Source of the DNA: Candidatus Saccharimonadota bacterium
GTDB lineage: Bacteria > Patescibacteriota > Saccharimonadia > Saccharimonadales > AWTP1-31
Reading direction: 5' to 3'
DNA length: 64,000 bases
NCBI GenBank assembly: GCA_052034955.1
Contig: JBPOHZ010000003.1
Span: 64,659 to 128,658, forward strand
Below the pieces are notes generated by a model that was not told the origin of the DNA, did not search any database, and was given only the letters and a program-made list of their open reading frames with translations. How positions within the stretch are numbered: the stretch's first letter is position 1; the number at the start of each line of letters is the position of its first letter. This document shows positions 18,761-28,288 of this stretch, in pieces. The translations under genes were made by a program, and so were the position numbers.

Positions 18761-20272
18761 ATGATTGAAGCCATACTTCTAGCATTGGCTGGTCTTGGTA
18801 TTGGTTTTGGTACCAGTACAGTTGTCACAAAGCGTAAACTAGGGACTGCCCAAGATGCTGTCGACAAGGAACTAAAGAAGGCCAAAAAAGAGGCCGAAAA
18901 ACAAATTGCCGACGCCCGCGAAGAAGCTGCCAAGCTAGCCGAAGAAGCTCGCCGTGACGAGCAAACACGCCGCCGTGAAGTAAAGCAAATCGAGCAAAGA
19001 CTACTAGAGAGGCAAGAGTCTCTAGACAAGAAATTAGACCAGCTAGACAAGCGAAACGAGAACTTACGTAAGGGCGAAGACGAGCTAGAAGAACTCAAGG
19101 ATGAGATCCGGGCCATCCGTGCCAAGCAACAAGAAAAGCTAGAGAAAGTCGCCAAGCTAACAAAAGAGGATGCCGCCGACAAGCTGATGAAGATGACCGA
19201 ACGGGACATCAAGAACGACCTCAAGAGCTTGATCGCAAAACTTCAAAACGAAGCCAAAGACACCGCCGAAGAACAAGCTGCCTTAATCATCACATCTGCT
19301 ATGGAACGCATGAGTAGCGAGGTTACAGCTGAGCGAACCGTCACTGCCCTTAAGCTATCCGACGAAGAAATGAAGGGTCGAATCATCGGCAAGGAAGGCC
19401 GAAATATTCAGGCTATTCAACGGGCCACCGGTGTTGACATCATGGTCGACGATACACCAGGAATGATCATCCTCAGCTCCTTCGATCCTGTAAGGCGAGA
19501 AGTTGCTCGTCAGACCATGGAAATGCTAATGAAGGACGGCCGCATCCACCCTGGACGCATCGAAGAGGTTGTAGAGAAGGCTCAAAAGACAGTCATGAAA
19601 GAAGTCGTTCGAGCCGGCGAAGACGCTGCCCGCGAAGTTGGCGTAATTGGTATTCCAAAGGAAATCTTGCAATTACTCGGTGAGCTTAAATACCGAACCA
19701 GCTTTGGCCAGAACGTGCTTAAGCACTCCACCGAAATGGCTCACATTGCCGGTATGATTGCCGAAGAAGTCGGGGCCGATGTTCGTATTACTAAATACGC
19801 AGCACTTGTCCATGATCTTGGTAAAGCCCTTACTCACAAAATGGAAGGTAAGCATCACCATATTAGTGGCGAAATGCTTCGTAAGTATGGCGCTCCAGAA
19901 GCTGTAGCTTTGGCTGCCGAGCAACACCATGACGATGTCGAGGCCACTAGTGTCGAAGCGGTCATTGTCCGTGTGGTAGACGCCATTAGCGCCTCCCGAC
20001 CTGGCGCCAGAAACATCAGTGCCGAGAATTTTGGCGAGCGAATGCGCGAACTAGAGAACGTGGCCAATGGCTTCGAAGGAATCGAAAAGTCTTACGCCAT
20101 TAGCGCCGGACGCGAAGTGCGAGTCTTTGTTCGACCACAAACTATCGACGACCTAAGCGCAATCAAACTAGCCCGTGACATCGCCACCAAGATCGAGAGC
20201 ACCATGCAATATCCAGGAACCATCAAGGTCAATGTCATCCGTGAAACACGGGCCATAGAGTTCGCTAAATAG
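18761..20272 (+). CDS. rny: Ribonuclease Y
   Basis: N-terminal TM helix, Lys/Glu-rich coiled coil, KH domain (GKEGRNIQAIQRATGVD) and HD domain (HSTEMAHIAG..VHDLGK). Confidence 0.95.
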   Translation: MIEAILLALAGLGIGFGTSTVVTKRKLGTAQDAVDKELKKAKKEAEKQIADAREEAAKLAEEARRDEQTRRREVKQIEQRLLERQESLDKKLDQLDKRNENLRKGEDELEELKDEIRAIRAKQQEKLEKVAKLTKEDAADKLMKMTERDIKNDLKSLIAKLQNEAKDTAEEQAALIITSAMERMSSEVTAERTVTALKLSDEEMKGRIIGKEGRNIQAIQRATGVDIMVDDTPGMIILSSFDPVRREVARQTMEMLMKDGRIHPGRIEEVVEKAQKTVMKEVVRAGEDAAREVGVIGIPKEILQLLGELKYRTSFGQNVLKHSTEMAHIAGMIAEEVGADVRITKYAALVHDLGKALTHKMEGKHHHISGEMLRKYGAPEAVALAAEQHHDDVEATSVEAVIVRVVDAISASRPGARNISAENFGERMRELENVANGFEGIEKSYAISAGREVRVFVRPQTIDDLSAIKLARDIATKIESTMQYPGTIKVNVIRETRAIEFAK

Positions 20273-20274
20273 TT

Positions 20275-20466
20275 ATGGCAGAATTCCACATACCTCCGAA
20301 AGAAAATCGCACCAAGCAAATATTAGCTTCGGTTATTGTCCTGCTGGTTGTGTCGGTAGTAGTCTCTTTGTTGGCCAAATTGCTGGTTGGCGTGATCATA
20401 TTCCTACTGGGGGCAATTGCCGGTATCGGCGGGCGGGCCTACTTTAGTAAAACCGACAATCAGTAG
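20275..20466 (+). CDS. Small membrane protein
   Basis: 63 aa with two hydrophobic helices. The start is 2 nt after the rny stop. Confidence 0.5.
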   Translation: MAEFHIPPKENRTKQILASVIVLLVVSVVVSLLAKLLVGVIIFLLGAIAGIGGRAYFSKTDNQ

Positions 20467-20510
20467 TTCATGCTTGTAAGCGCTAATGCTTAATTGGTAC
20501 ACTATTACCA

Positions 20511-21233
20511 ATGCTTCATAATTTGTTACTTCGTGTTAGGTTAACTTGGTTTTTCTTCTTTTTCTTCGTCTTCTTCTTAGCGCTATCCCTGGTTCTGCCG
20601 AGAGTTAAGTTCGAGAGTGGCGCACTAACCCTTTTCTCGGTTAACTCATTCTTGTATGGATTTTACATATCACCAATCTTGGGTGCCCAAAAAATGAGGA
20701 TCGAAGATCTTCACCGAATTGTCCGAGCCGAAGCTAACGCGCTATTTGCTATGGTCCTGTTAACTAAAGAGTTCCCCAAGGACCAAAGAACTAACTTCCA
20801 GGATATGTTTACCCACTATATTAAGGGCAATATCCGTGGACATCGTCGTTTTGCAGAGTCTACTTACGAAAGACTAATAACCACTTGCTTGGAATACAAG
20901 GGCAAAGACAAGGATAATATCGTTAAGATGCTCGAAAAACTGGTAGCTAACCAGCAAAACCGAACCAACTTGTCGATGCAGGTAAGCAACCGGGTATTCA
21001 CCAACGAGTGGATGATCATACTCATGCTGTTCTCCATAACACTATCTTTTATCATGTTGCTAGATACTGGCGAGAATATAATGCTCCGCGTTGTGGCGGC
21101 CTTACTGTGTACCGGCCTAACGATGTTGTTATTCATCTTGGCAAAGCTAAGCACACTGACCCACAAAAAGGCCCGCGAGATCTGGGTGCCTTTCCAGAAA
21201 CTCCTCGACAGCCGCTTCTACCGTATCGACTAA
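20511..21233 (+). CDS. Hypothetical membrane protein
   Basis: 240-aa ORF with N-terminal and paired C-terminal TM helices flanking a soluble helical region. Family not recognised. Confidence 0.6.
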   Translation: MLHNLLLRVRLTWFFFFFFVFFLALSLVLPRVKFESGALTLFSVNSFLYGFYISPILGAQKMRIEDLHRIVRAEANALFAMVLLTKEFPKDQRTNFQDMFTHYIKGNIRGHRRFAESTYERLITTCLEYKGKDKDNIVKMLEKLVANQQNRTNLSMQVSNRVFTNEWMIILMLFSITLSFIMLLDTGENIMLRVVAALLCTGLTMLLFILAKLSTLTHKKAREIWVPFQKLLDSRFYRID

Positions 21234-21250
21234 TCAACTATACTAGGTAG

Positions 21251-21853
21251 ATGATTGACGAAATAGAAGTTAAATTCCTTGATGTAGATATCGAAGACGT
21301 GCGTAGTAAGCTCAAAAAAGCTGGTGCCGATCTGGAAAATCCAATGCGTATGATGAAGCGAGCAGTTATGCGATTCCCAGACAACGACTGGAAAGACGGT
21401 CAAGATGCTTGGTTACGTGTACGTGATGAGGGTGACAAGATTACGGTTACATATAAGAAGACAACTGAGCATGAATTTGCGGGCGCTAAAGAGCTAGAAA
21501 TTAATGTCAGTGATTTTCAGACAGCTATAGATATAATGACCCAACTCGGGCTAGAGGTTCAATCTCTCCAGGAATCAAAAAGAGAAACATGGACATTGGA
21601 TGGAACAGAGATTGTTATTGATGAATGGCCGTGGATAAAACCTTATATAGAGGTGGAGGGCAAGACCGAATCCGACATAATAAAAGTTGCCGAAAAACTT
21701 GGATTTAATTGGGGAGACGGAGTATTTGGCAGCATCATCCTAGCCTATAAAAATGAATATGAGTTTGTCGATGGTCAACGATTTGCAAAACTCCCTGAAG
21801 TAAAATTTGATATGCCAGTACCGGAGTGGTTTAGTAAAGGGGATAAGTCATGA
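21251..21853 (+). CDS. CYTH-domain protein (CyaB / triphosphate tunnel metalloenzyme family)
   Basis: N-terminal EIEVKF (ExExK signature) and LRVRDEGDKITVTYK. Confidence 0.75.
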   Translation: MIDEIEVKFLDVDIEDVRSKLKKAGADLENPMRMMKRAVMRFPDNDWKDGQDAWLRVRDEGDKITVTYKKTTEHEFAGAKELEINVSDFQTAIDIMTQLGLEVQSLQESKRETWTLDGTEIVIDEWPWIKPYIEVEGKTESDIIKVAEKLGFNWGDGVFGSIILAYKNEYEFVDGQRFAKLPEVKFDMPVPEWFSKGDKS

Positions 21854-21982
21854 AGTTAATCAAGATGACCGAGCATGATATCGACTTTGTATCGATTGTT
21901 TGTGGCCAGCCAAACGATATTTCCATATAACCCTGTACGTACCGAAGTAAAACAGGTATAATAGGCGAGTTATAACACCTAT

Positions 21983-22058
21983 CGGGGTGTGGCGCAGTTG
22001 ATAGCGCGCTCGGTTTGGGACCGAGAGGTCGAAGGTTTGAGTCCTTTCACCCCGACCA
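21983..22058 (+). tRNA. tRNA-Pro (anticodon TGG)
   Basis: Acceptor CGGGGTG/CACCCCG, anticodon loop TTTGGGA, encoded CCA. TATAAT at 21957-21962 lies upstream. Confidence 0.9.
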
Positions 22059-22137
22059 ATTAAAATAGGTCTCCATGGAGGCCTTTTTTAATTGGCTGAG
22101 AAGCCCCAAGCCTGAGACTCGCCAGCTTGCTGGCGGT

Positions 22138-22222
22138 AGTCGAAGGTTCGGTCGACAAACTCGTTCGCAGAAGCTAGCTTCGAGAGCGAGTGCAGTCGTG
22201 CGCTGTCCTTTCACCCCGACCA
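22138..22222 (+). pseudogene. Disrupted duplicate of the tRNA-Pro 3' part (GTCGAAGGTT ... GTCCTTTCACCCCGACCA)
   Basis: An 18-nt exact copy of 22041-22058 is found at 22205-22222. The 10-nt T-arm start GTCGAAGGTT recurs at 22139-22148. The two pieces are separated by about 56 nt instead of 3 nt. Confidence 0.6.
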
Positions 22223-22289
22223 AAGATCCTGGCCGGAGTTCATCTCGCCTATGCTTTCTATACGAGTACTGTTGTATTAGTATTGGGCT

Positions 22290-22832
22290 ATGTATTTTGG
22301 AAAAACTCCCTATGGAATAGAAGGATATATCGAACATTATGGCGATGGTAGTAACATGCTTAGGGGCCAGGACTTTGCTCAGCCCAGAACCCTTGTGCCT
22401 GGAGATGAGCTGGCAAATGGCTGGGTAGTCGGAGAGAAATTGAGTGGATTTAGTAGCTCGGTTGGAGTTAGGTTTATGAATGGAGAAGTTAGAGTGGTCG
22501 CTCCTCGCATCCCTCTACAGCTTAAGGGTGGCGCCGAAGGTGTCTATCCTGGCGATTTGCGCACAGGTCAAATACTACAAACAGGCTGTGTTGTCCTTGA
22601 TGCTCCGGTTCCCGTTGACCCAGTACAGTGGCACGCAGATCAAGAAGAAGTGGCACTTAAACTTACAGGAGGATTTAAAGGACATGATGTGCGAGTTGCA
22701 ACGGACTTACCTTTAGCCGTATATTCAGAGATGTATCCGCCTGGTCCAAGTTCTCTGTTGGGCGCCTTTACTATGGATAACGTGATGAGGATGGACCAAG
22801 AAGCTCGTAGTAATTTGCCACAAGCCGGTTGA
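22290..22832 (+). CDS. Hypothetical protein (orphan)
   Basis: 180-aa ORF, start uncertain. No family recognised. Confidence 0.5.
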   Translation: MYFGKTPYGIEGYIEHYGDGSNMLRGQDFAQPRTLVPGDELANGWVVGEKLSGFSSSVGVRFMNGEVRVVAPRIPLQLKGGAEGVYPGDLRTGQILQTGCVVLDAPVPVDPVQWHADQEEVALKLTGGFKGHDVRVATDLPLAVYSEMYPPGPSSLLGAFTMDNVMRMDQEARSNLPQAG

Positions 22833-22980
22833 TTCCCATTCTATAGGCATAAGCCTGACGGGCTGAAACAGTTGCAATACCATTAATGGTAAATATTACG
22901 ACATCAACCATTAGCATAAACCAAATTATGGTGTAAAATTGGAAGTATCAACATTAATATGTGGTGGGCAAGAGGGTAAA

Positions 22981-23433
22981 ATGAATAAACTAACAACTGC
23001 AATAATTACGGGATTCTACTCGCTGTCTACTGTGTTCGGGCTTATGGCTATGATGCCAGCAACTGTTCGGGCTCATGACGATACAGAAAAAACAGCCAAG
23101 ACTTCTAGTGCTGCCAGCAAAGAAATTGTATATAACTATGTGGCACAAACTGGTGATTCGTATTCTAAGATCGCACGTAAGGCAATTCAGACTTACGGAA
23201 TTCGTAACAAAGTTAAAATGAGCCATGCAAAAATAATTGCTGCCGAAACTTGGTTAACTCAGGAAGCTGGATCTCCATCTATTCAGGCCGGACAGAAAAT
23301 TCATGTCCATGAAAAAGAAGTTAAAGTTGTCGTCGACAAAGCTGTTAAACTAAGTGCCGCAAAAGAAAAAGCTTGGGCCGCATATACTGCAGGTGTAAAC
23401 TTTAACACCAACGCTGTCGGACAAGCTAAATAA
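22981..23433 (+). CDS. Secreted protein with LysM-like segment
   Basis: Signal peptide MNKLTTAIITGFYSLSTVFGLMAMMPATVRA. YVAQTGDSYSKIARK resembles a LysM core. Confidence 0.55.
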   Translation: MNKLTTAIITGFYSLSTVFGLMAMMPATVRAHDDTEKTAKTSSAASKEIVYNYVAQTGDSYSKIARKAIQTYGIRNKVKMSHAKIIAAETWLTQEAGSPSIQAGQKIHVHEKEVKVVVDKAVKLSAAKEKAWAAYTAGVNFNTNAVGQAK

Positions 23434-23435
23434 AC

Positions 23436-23861
23436 ATGAGCTTCGTTCGTAGAAGCCTGGAGACGATATTACCGGAGCACATTGATGGCTACGGTTATCG
23501 TCACTGGTCGGAGCTTTCGAATAGACAAAGGGCTGCAGCATTCAGGGGACCTTATGGTTTAAGTAAGCTGGCTGGCTTTACTGGCGTACCATTAGCAAAT
23601 GATCCAAGCCGGGAATACGTTAGGATTACGCACACTCAGGTTGCCACTGGAGAAAGAATAGTCTGGGGAGATTATAATGCTCTAGACAAACTAGAGAATA
23701 GACGTCCACCCGAAACTTTCCCGGCAGGCACAGCCGAACAGTTGATGAATCCCGATGTATTTGAACGTGTGGTCGCTACTGAGCGAGCCGCAAGGATAGC
23801 TAAAGCCCTGGTTATTACCGGAGTAGCGTTGGCTATAGCGCATTTGCACACAGACCGTTAA
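23436..23861 (+). CDS. Hypothetical protein with C-terminal TM anchor
   Basis: 141-aa ORF starting 2 nt after the preceding stop. The C-terminal helix is ALVITGVALAIAHL. Confidence 0.5.
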   Translation: MSFVRRSLETILPEHIDGYGYRHWSELSNRQRAAAFRGPYGLSKLAGFTGVPLANDPSREYVRITHTQVATGERIVWGDYNALDKLENRRPPETFPAGTAEQLMNPDVFERVVATERAARIAKALVITGVALAIAHLHTDR

Positions 23862-23882
23862 ATCAAGTGTACAATATAGCTT

Positions 23883-24506
23883 ATGATTGAACTTGCGGTC
23901 GCTGTTGGCCCGCTAGCACTACTGCTTGTCGCTTCTGAGTTACTCTGGAGGGGCAAGTACTTACGTGGCGAAGCTGCACGTAAAGTGCTCCATATTATTA
24001 TCGGCAGCTACGTTGCTAGTTGGCTGTACTTCTTAACGTTTGAACAGATACAGCTACTCAGCGTGGCTATGTTTGTTGGTGTTGTTATCTCGCACAAGTT
24101 CCATGTATTTCATGCTATTAATGACGTTAAACGCAAAACTTGGGGCGATCTTTTTTATGCAGTTGGTATTGGGCTAACCGCTTTCTTGGCCAATCAGCCC
24201 TGGATCTATGCATTAGCAATCTTGCATATGAGTGTTGCCGACGGCATGGCTGGATTAATAGGTACCAAGTTTGGAAAGAAGACACAATACAAGGTACTTG
24301 GACATACCAAAAGTGTGGTCGGTACCAGCGCCTTTGTAGTTGCTTCTTTTGCGCTTCTACTAATCTTTAATCACAATCACCCGGCAGAAATCACTCGAGA
24401 ACTGATTGTAGTTGTGCCGCTAGGGATGGCCTTGGCCGAAAACTTTGGCGTTCGAGGAACCGACAATTTACTTATCCCAATGCTTGTCGCGGTTTTGTTT
24501 AGATAG
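23883..24506 (+). CDS. Polyprenol (dolichol/phytol) kinase-like membrane protein, cytidylyltransferase superfamily
   Basis: Polytopic protein with ARKVLHIIIGS and SVADGMAGLIGTKFGK motifs typical of this family. Confidence 0.5.
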   Translation: MIELAVAVGPLALLLVASELLWRGKYLRGEAARKVLHIIIGSYVASWLYFLTFEQIQLLSVAMFVGVVISHKFHVFHAINDVKRKTWGDLFYAVGIGLTAFLANQPWIYALAILHMSVADGMAGLIGTKFGKKTQYKVLGHTKSVVGTSAFVVASFALLLIFNHNHPAEITRELIVVVPLGMALAENFGVRGTDNLLIPMLVAVLFR

Positions 24507-26352
24507 CCTTGGGCTCTTTCCATTCACTATGGGCTCGCAAGGCGTAGACGATAACCACTACGTCTACTAGTTCTTGGATGGCTGCTCCATAGATTGGCGG
24601 GAACTTACCAGTGGCAAAGATAAACATCAAGATGATGCTTAGCAAGATTCCGGTAAGTATAGCCTGCTTGGCAATTCGGATGGTTCGACGAGCAATACCG
24701 ACGCTTACAGCAACTTGTTTGATGTTATCGAGCATAATTACTACATCGGCTGATTCGCTGGCTGCAGTAGATCCTCTGGCGCCTAGGGCTATGCCCACGT
24801 CGGCAGCGGTTAGTACTGGTGCGTCATTGACTCCGTCACCCACAAAACCGACTGGAGGATTAGCAACTCCTTCGATAGCAAGCAATTTGTCGGATGGAAG
24901 GGCATCGGCCGTTACATCTGTTATACCAAGCTTTTTGGCAATAGCGTTTGCCGTGGCGGCATTATCGCCAGTAACCATTAAGAAGTTTTTAACTCCTAGT
25001 ACTTTTAGTCGATTCAATGTAGCTTGGGCATCTGGTCGGAGCTCGTCCTCAAAGGTGATAACTCCGGCTAGTTTGCCATCTATTGCAACAAAGGCAGCGG
25101 TCGAAGGTGGGGCTTTTTTAAGCTTAGATACATCGACTGATTTTTCGTCTAGTAGCCTTTGCTTGCCAACTAACACTACCTTGCCGCTAATCGTGGCCTG
25201 CAGTCCTGATCCGGCAACTTCTTTGATCTGCTTGGCTTTATGTAGTTTGATGCCATCTTTTTTGGCCTGGTTTAGGATTGCTGCTGCCAAGATATGGCTA
25301 GAACCTTGTTCTATACTGGCCGCATATTGCAATACCTGATCACGCTTGAAGCCGCTATATGTACTAATGGTTTTGATAACCGGCTGACCCATTGTTAAGG
25401 TTCCAGTCTTGTCGAAACCAAGTGTCTTCATGGATGCTAGTCGCTCTAGCGCTCCGCCATTCTTGATGATGATTCCGTGCTTGGCTGCACGACTCATGCC
25501 AGATATCAGGGCAATTGGAGCCCCCAGGATTAGTGGACAAGGGGTGGCTACAACAAGTACTTGCAAGAACCTAAGGCTGTCGCCACTGATGGCCCAAGCA
25601 CCCAGGGCAATAGTAAATGAAAGTAGGGTGAACGGAACGGCGTATCGGTCGGCCATCCGCACAAATGGTGCTTTGCTGTTTTGGGCGGCCTTAACCAGGG
25701 CAATAATTTGACTATACTGGCTATCGGCAGCTAGCGAAGAGGCTTTTGCATATATGACGCCACTAGTGTTAACGGAACCACTCATTATGTCTTGTCCAAC
25801 GGTTTTGGTAACTGGCAAGCTTTCGCCGGTAAGGCTGGATTCGTCAACTTCGGACTCGCCTTCGTAGATTACGGCATCTACTGGTACCATTTCGCCGGCC
25901 TTAATAACTATTTTATCGCCAACTTGAATTTTGGCTACAGGTACGTCAACTTCTTTGCCACCTTTTAAAAGATGGGCTTTTCGAGGGGCGCGTTCTAGTA
26001 GTGATGTTAGTTCGGCCTGAGCTCGTGTTTCGGCGTAATCTTCTAGTGCTTCACCACCGGTTAGCATAAATACGATAACCATCGCTGACCAATATTCTCT
26101 GAACAAAACGGCACTTAGGATTGCCGTTGCCGCCAAGACATCTACACCGTATGTTCCGACACGTAGGTCTTGGATCATACCCCATATCAGTGGGAAAAGG
26201 CTGATTATTGCACTGATCGCCAGGATGGTGTTCGATGCAGTTTTGTAACCAGCAATCTGTAAGCCAAGAGCTGCCACAAGACTAACAATTACAAAACCAA
26301 ACTGGTTGTATTCTTTAAAAAACTTAACCGTATTCTTAACAATTTTTCTCAA
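24499..26352 (-). CDS. Heavy-metal P1B-type ATPase (TPCP transmembrane motif, no N-terminal metal-binding domain)
   Basis: DKTGTLT, TGES, GDGVNDAP and the TM motif ATPCPLILGAP. TTG start behind GAGGAG. Confidence 0.9.
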   Translation of the reverse strand: MRKIVKNTVKFFKEYNQFGFVIVSLVAALGLQIAGYKTASNTILAISAIISLFPLIWGMIQDLRVGTYGVDVLAATAILSAVLFREYWSAMVIVFMLTGGEALEDYAETRAQAELTSLLERAPRKAHLLKGGKEVDVPVAKIQVGDKIVIKAGEMVPVDAVIYEGESEVDESSLTGESLPVTKTVGQDIMSGSVNTSGVIYAKASSLAADSQYSQIIALVKAAQNSKAPFVRMADRYAVPFTLLSFTIALGAWAISGDSLRFLQVLVVATPCPLILGAPIALISGMSRAAKHGIIIKNGGALERLASMKTLGFDKTGTLTMGQPVIKTISTYSGFKRDQVLQYAASIEQGSSHILAAAILNQAKKDGIKLHKAKQIKEVAGSGLQATISGKVVLVGKQRLLDEKSVDVSKLKKAPPSTAAFVAIDGKLAGVITFEDELRPDAQATLNRLKVLGVKNFLMVTGDNAATANAIAKKLGITDVTADALPSDKLLAIEGVANPPVGFVGDGVNDAPVLTAADVGIALGARGSTAASESADVVIMLDNIKQVAVSVGIARRTIRIAKQAILTGILLSIILMFIFATGKFPPIYGAAIQELVDVVVIVYALRAHSEWKEPKAI

Positions 26353-26400
26353 AGTAATCTCCTCTTCTATTAATTATAACAGAGAGGAACTAGTTGTAAG

Positions 26401-27054
26401 CTAAAGTGGTAGGGCAATGTTGCCGCGGCCGTTTGGTGATGGCTGTAGCTGGTATCCGAGCTCTTCTATGATTGGCTCAACAGATCCACCGCTTGCAATA
26501 GTTTCGGTTATTGAATTAACCATGACTATCTTGGCTATGGTCAGCCCGGCTACTGTCTTGAGTCGGTCAAAATCTGCTGGAGGGATAGCGGCTCTGGAGG
26601 CAGGGGTATTTGGTATATATTGACTACTTCCAACTGCGTGAACTAGATCATCTTGTAGCGATTTATCTTTTTGTCTCTCGACACGTGCCTGGATCATTGT
26701 GTCTAAATCGACTATGTCGGCGTTTAGCAGCTCAAGAGAGAATCTAGACCGTGGTGAGCGCATACCTTCTAAAATAATCGGAACGGCAGTCATACCGATA
26801 GCACTTCGGATTCCGATTAATCTAATCGTTTTTCCTTGCTCGGATTTTAGTGATACATAACGAGCGACCTTCCCTAATCCAGTCTTTTCAGACGTATGGT
26901 CTAAACGCTCGACTACAATGGCGAAGTCCGGGAACTGGCAATACCTGCCTTTTTCAGGCGAGCCTAGACCCTCTAGGCTTTCTATAGCGGCGCCAGTTCT
27001 TTGATGTAGATTGGTATATAAATCCCAGACAGTGGGGGACCTTTTATTAGTCAT
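26401..27054 (-). CDS. Hypothetical protein (orphan)
   Basis: 217-aa ORF with protein-like composition. No family recognised. Confidence 0.55.
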   Translation of the reverse strand: MTNKRSPTVWDLYTNLHQRTGAAIESLEGLGSPEKGRYCQFPDFAIVVERLDHTSEKTGLGKVARYVSLKSEQGKTIRLIGIRSAIGMTAVPIILEGMRSPRSRFSLELLNADIVDLDTMIQARVERQKDKSLQDDLVHAVGSSQYIPNTPASRAAIPPADFDRLKTVAGLTIAKIVMVNSITETIASGGSVEPIIEELGYQLQPSPNGRGNIALPL

Positions 27055-27102
27055 AAGTGACTATCATAATATAAAAACACAAATTAATCAAGGGTGGGAA
27101 AG

Positions 27103-27669
27103 TTACCTAAGCGGTATGTCTTTGAAGGCGTCGGCAAAGGTTGCGCTAGTTCCCAGAATCAGCCCCCCAATAGCTTGGAGCCTGGCTTCTATGCCATCCT
27201 GGGCTGCAATAAAAGCTTCTCGTTCGGGGATAGACATGTCATTAACCGCTGCTTCCCCTGGTAGTATATATGCACCATTTCGCGAATCCTCTGCTGATGA
27301 CGGCAAAGGTCCATTATCTACCCTGCAGAAGACACCGGGTTTGGGTGGAAGCAATTCATTGCCTTTATCAATACACGGCATGTCCGCCAACCAAAAGTGG
27401 GGTGTACTTTTTGAATATCCTTTGATGCTTCTAGCCGCAGGTTCATCTTCTGTTTCGGCCATCAAACTTAAACAAAGTATTTGTAGCCAAGTAATTCCTT
27501 TAGAAGGATCAGAATGGTATATGTCCCAGGTTGTTACATTTCCAATTCTGCTTTGCTGTCTGTATAAACCCTTCTTCTTCCACCAAGTTGGTTTTTGCTC
27601 GCCAATGCTACGAAACGCCTGGTGCCCTTCAGTTAACAACTTCTCGAATGATTCTAGTACTGTTGCCAT
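27103..27669 (-). CDS. Hypothetical protein (orphan)
   Basis: 188-aa Trp-rich ORF, preferred over the long antisense ORF 27011-28003. Confidence 0.55.
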   Translation of the reverse strand: MATVLESFEKLLTEGHQAFRSIGEQKPTWWKKKGLYRQQSRIGNVTTWDIYHSDPSKGITWLQILCLSLMAETEDEPAARSIKGYSKSTPHFWLADMPCIDKGNELLPPKPGVFCRVDNGPLPSSAEDSRNGAYILPGEAAVNDMSIPEREAFIAAQDGIEARLQAIGGLILGTSATFADAFKDIPLR

Positions 27670-27729
27670 AATGATATTAGGTTACATTCCGAGGCTACTA
27701 GGCACAAGCAAATCAAATTATTACACAAC

Positions 27730-27759
27730 AAAAAAACCACCGACATTGCTGCCGGTGGT
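27730..27759 (-). terminator. Intrinsic terminator
   Basis: On the minus strand: ACCACCG-gcagcaatgt-CGGTGGT followed by T7, 20 nt after the stop at 27779. Confidence 0.7.
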
Positions 27760-27778
27760 AACGCCTCCTCCTTTTCTG

Positions 27779-28288
27779 TTACATTTCCATACGACCATGA
27801 GGTCCGTCAGGACCACTGTGGCCACGATGCGCTCCAAAGATAAACCTCGCATATTTTTCGTCTATCTTATTGTCGCTAAACCATTTAGAAATTGCTTCTC
27901 GGTCTTTATCCATCTGGGCCTTGCGCTCCTCCTTGGACAAGTCTTTGAATTTATCTCGATTGGCTTCACGCTGTGTTTGCAGCTCCTTTGCTCTTGCAGT
28001 TAACTTATCGGCTTGGTCTTGAGTTAGCTTTCCGTCTTTGACCAGCTCGGCAATCTTATCGGCAATCTTTGCCTCTCGTTCGGCATGCATGCTTGCCTTT
28101 TGCTCATCAAAAACTTTCTGTACCTCATCTTTGTTAAGGCCGAACTTAGTAGCCAGCGTATCTACAATAGAAGTCCGACTGTCTTTAGATGTTGCCGCCG
28201 AAGCGATGCCTATCGATCCTGCTGTCACGGCACCGACACTCAGGATGGCACCGCTGATTAATAGCGAGCGTCTTAGTGATTGTTTAAT
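27779..28288 (-). CDS. Secreted helical protein with LTxxQ-like (Spy/CpxP-like) motif; probable ATT start
   Basis: The ORF track starts at GTG 28228. The in-frame upstream sequence encodes a Sec signal n-region (KQSLRRSLLISGAILSVGAV) behind GGAGG 28298-28294, and only ATT/CTG codons are available there. Confidence 0.6.
   Translation of the reverse strand: MKQSLRRSLLISGAILSVGAVTAGSIGIASAATSKDSRTSIVDTLATKFGLNKDEVQKVFDEQKASMHAEREAKIADKIAELVKDGKLTQDQADKLTARAKELQTQREANRDKFKDLSKEERKAQMDKDREAISKWFSDNKIDEKYARFIFGAHRGHSGPDGPHGRMEM

Noticed and set aside
18736-19224. 162-aa minus-strand Ser-rich ORF at the 5' end of rny
   Set aside because: It is the antisense of the Lys/Glu-rich coiled coil of RNase Y (AAG/GAA codons read as CTT/TTC). 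Not credible as a gene.
22059-22222. tmRNA or other tRNA-like ncRNA downstream of tRNA-Pro
   Set aside because: The tRNA-like part copies tRNA-Pro, not an alanine acceptor. There is no tag-peptide reading frame, and the segment is far too short for a tmRNA.
24611-25711. Plus-strand ORFs (242 and 100 aa) inside the P-type ATPase gene
   Set aside because: They lie antisense to a gene with unambiguous P-type ATPase motifs. The translations are Ser/Ala/Thr-rich shadow frames.
27011-28003. 330-codon plus-strand ORF spanning two minus-strand genes
   Set aside because: The translation is Ser/Leu/Cys/Phe-rich and low in charged residues. It has no SD and crosses an intergenic terminator. The two minus-strand ORFs have normal composition, their own starts and a terminator, so this is most likely a shadow ORF.
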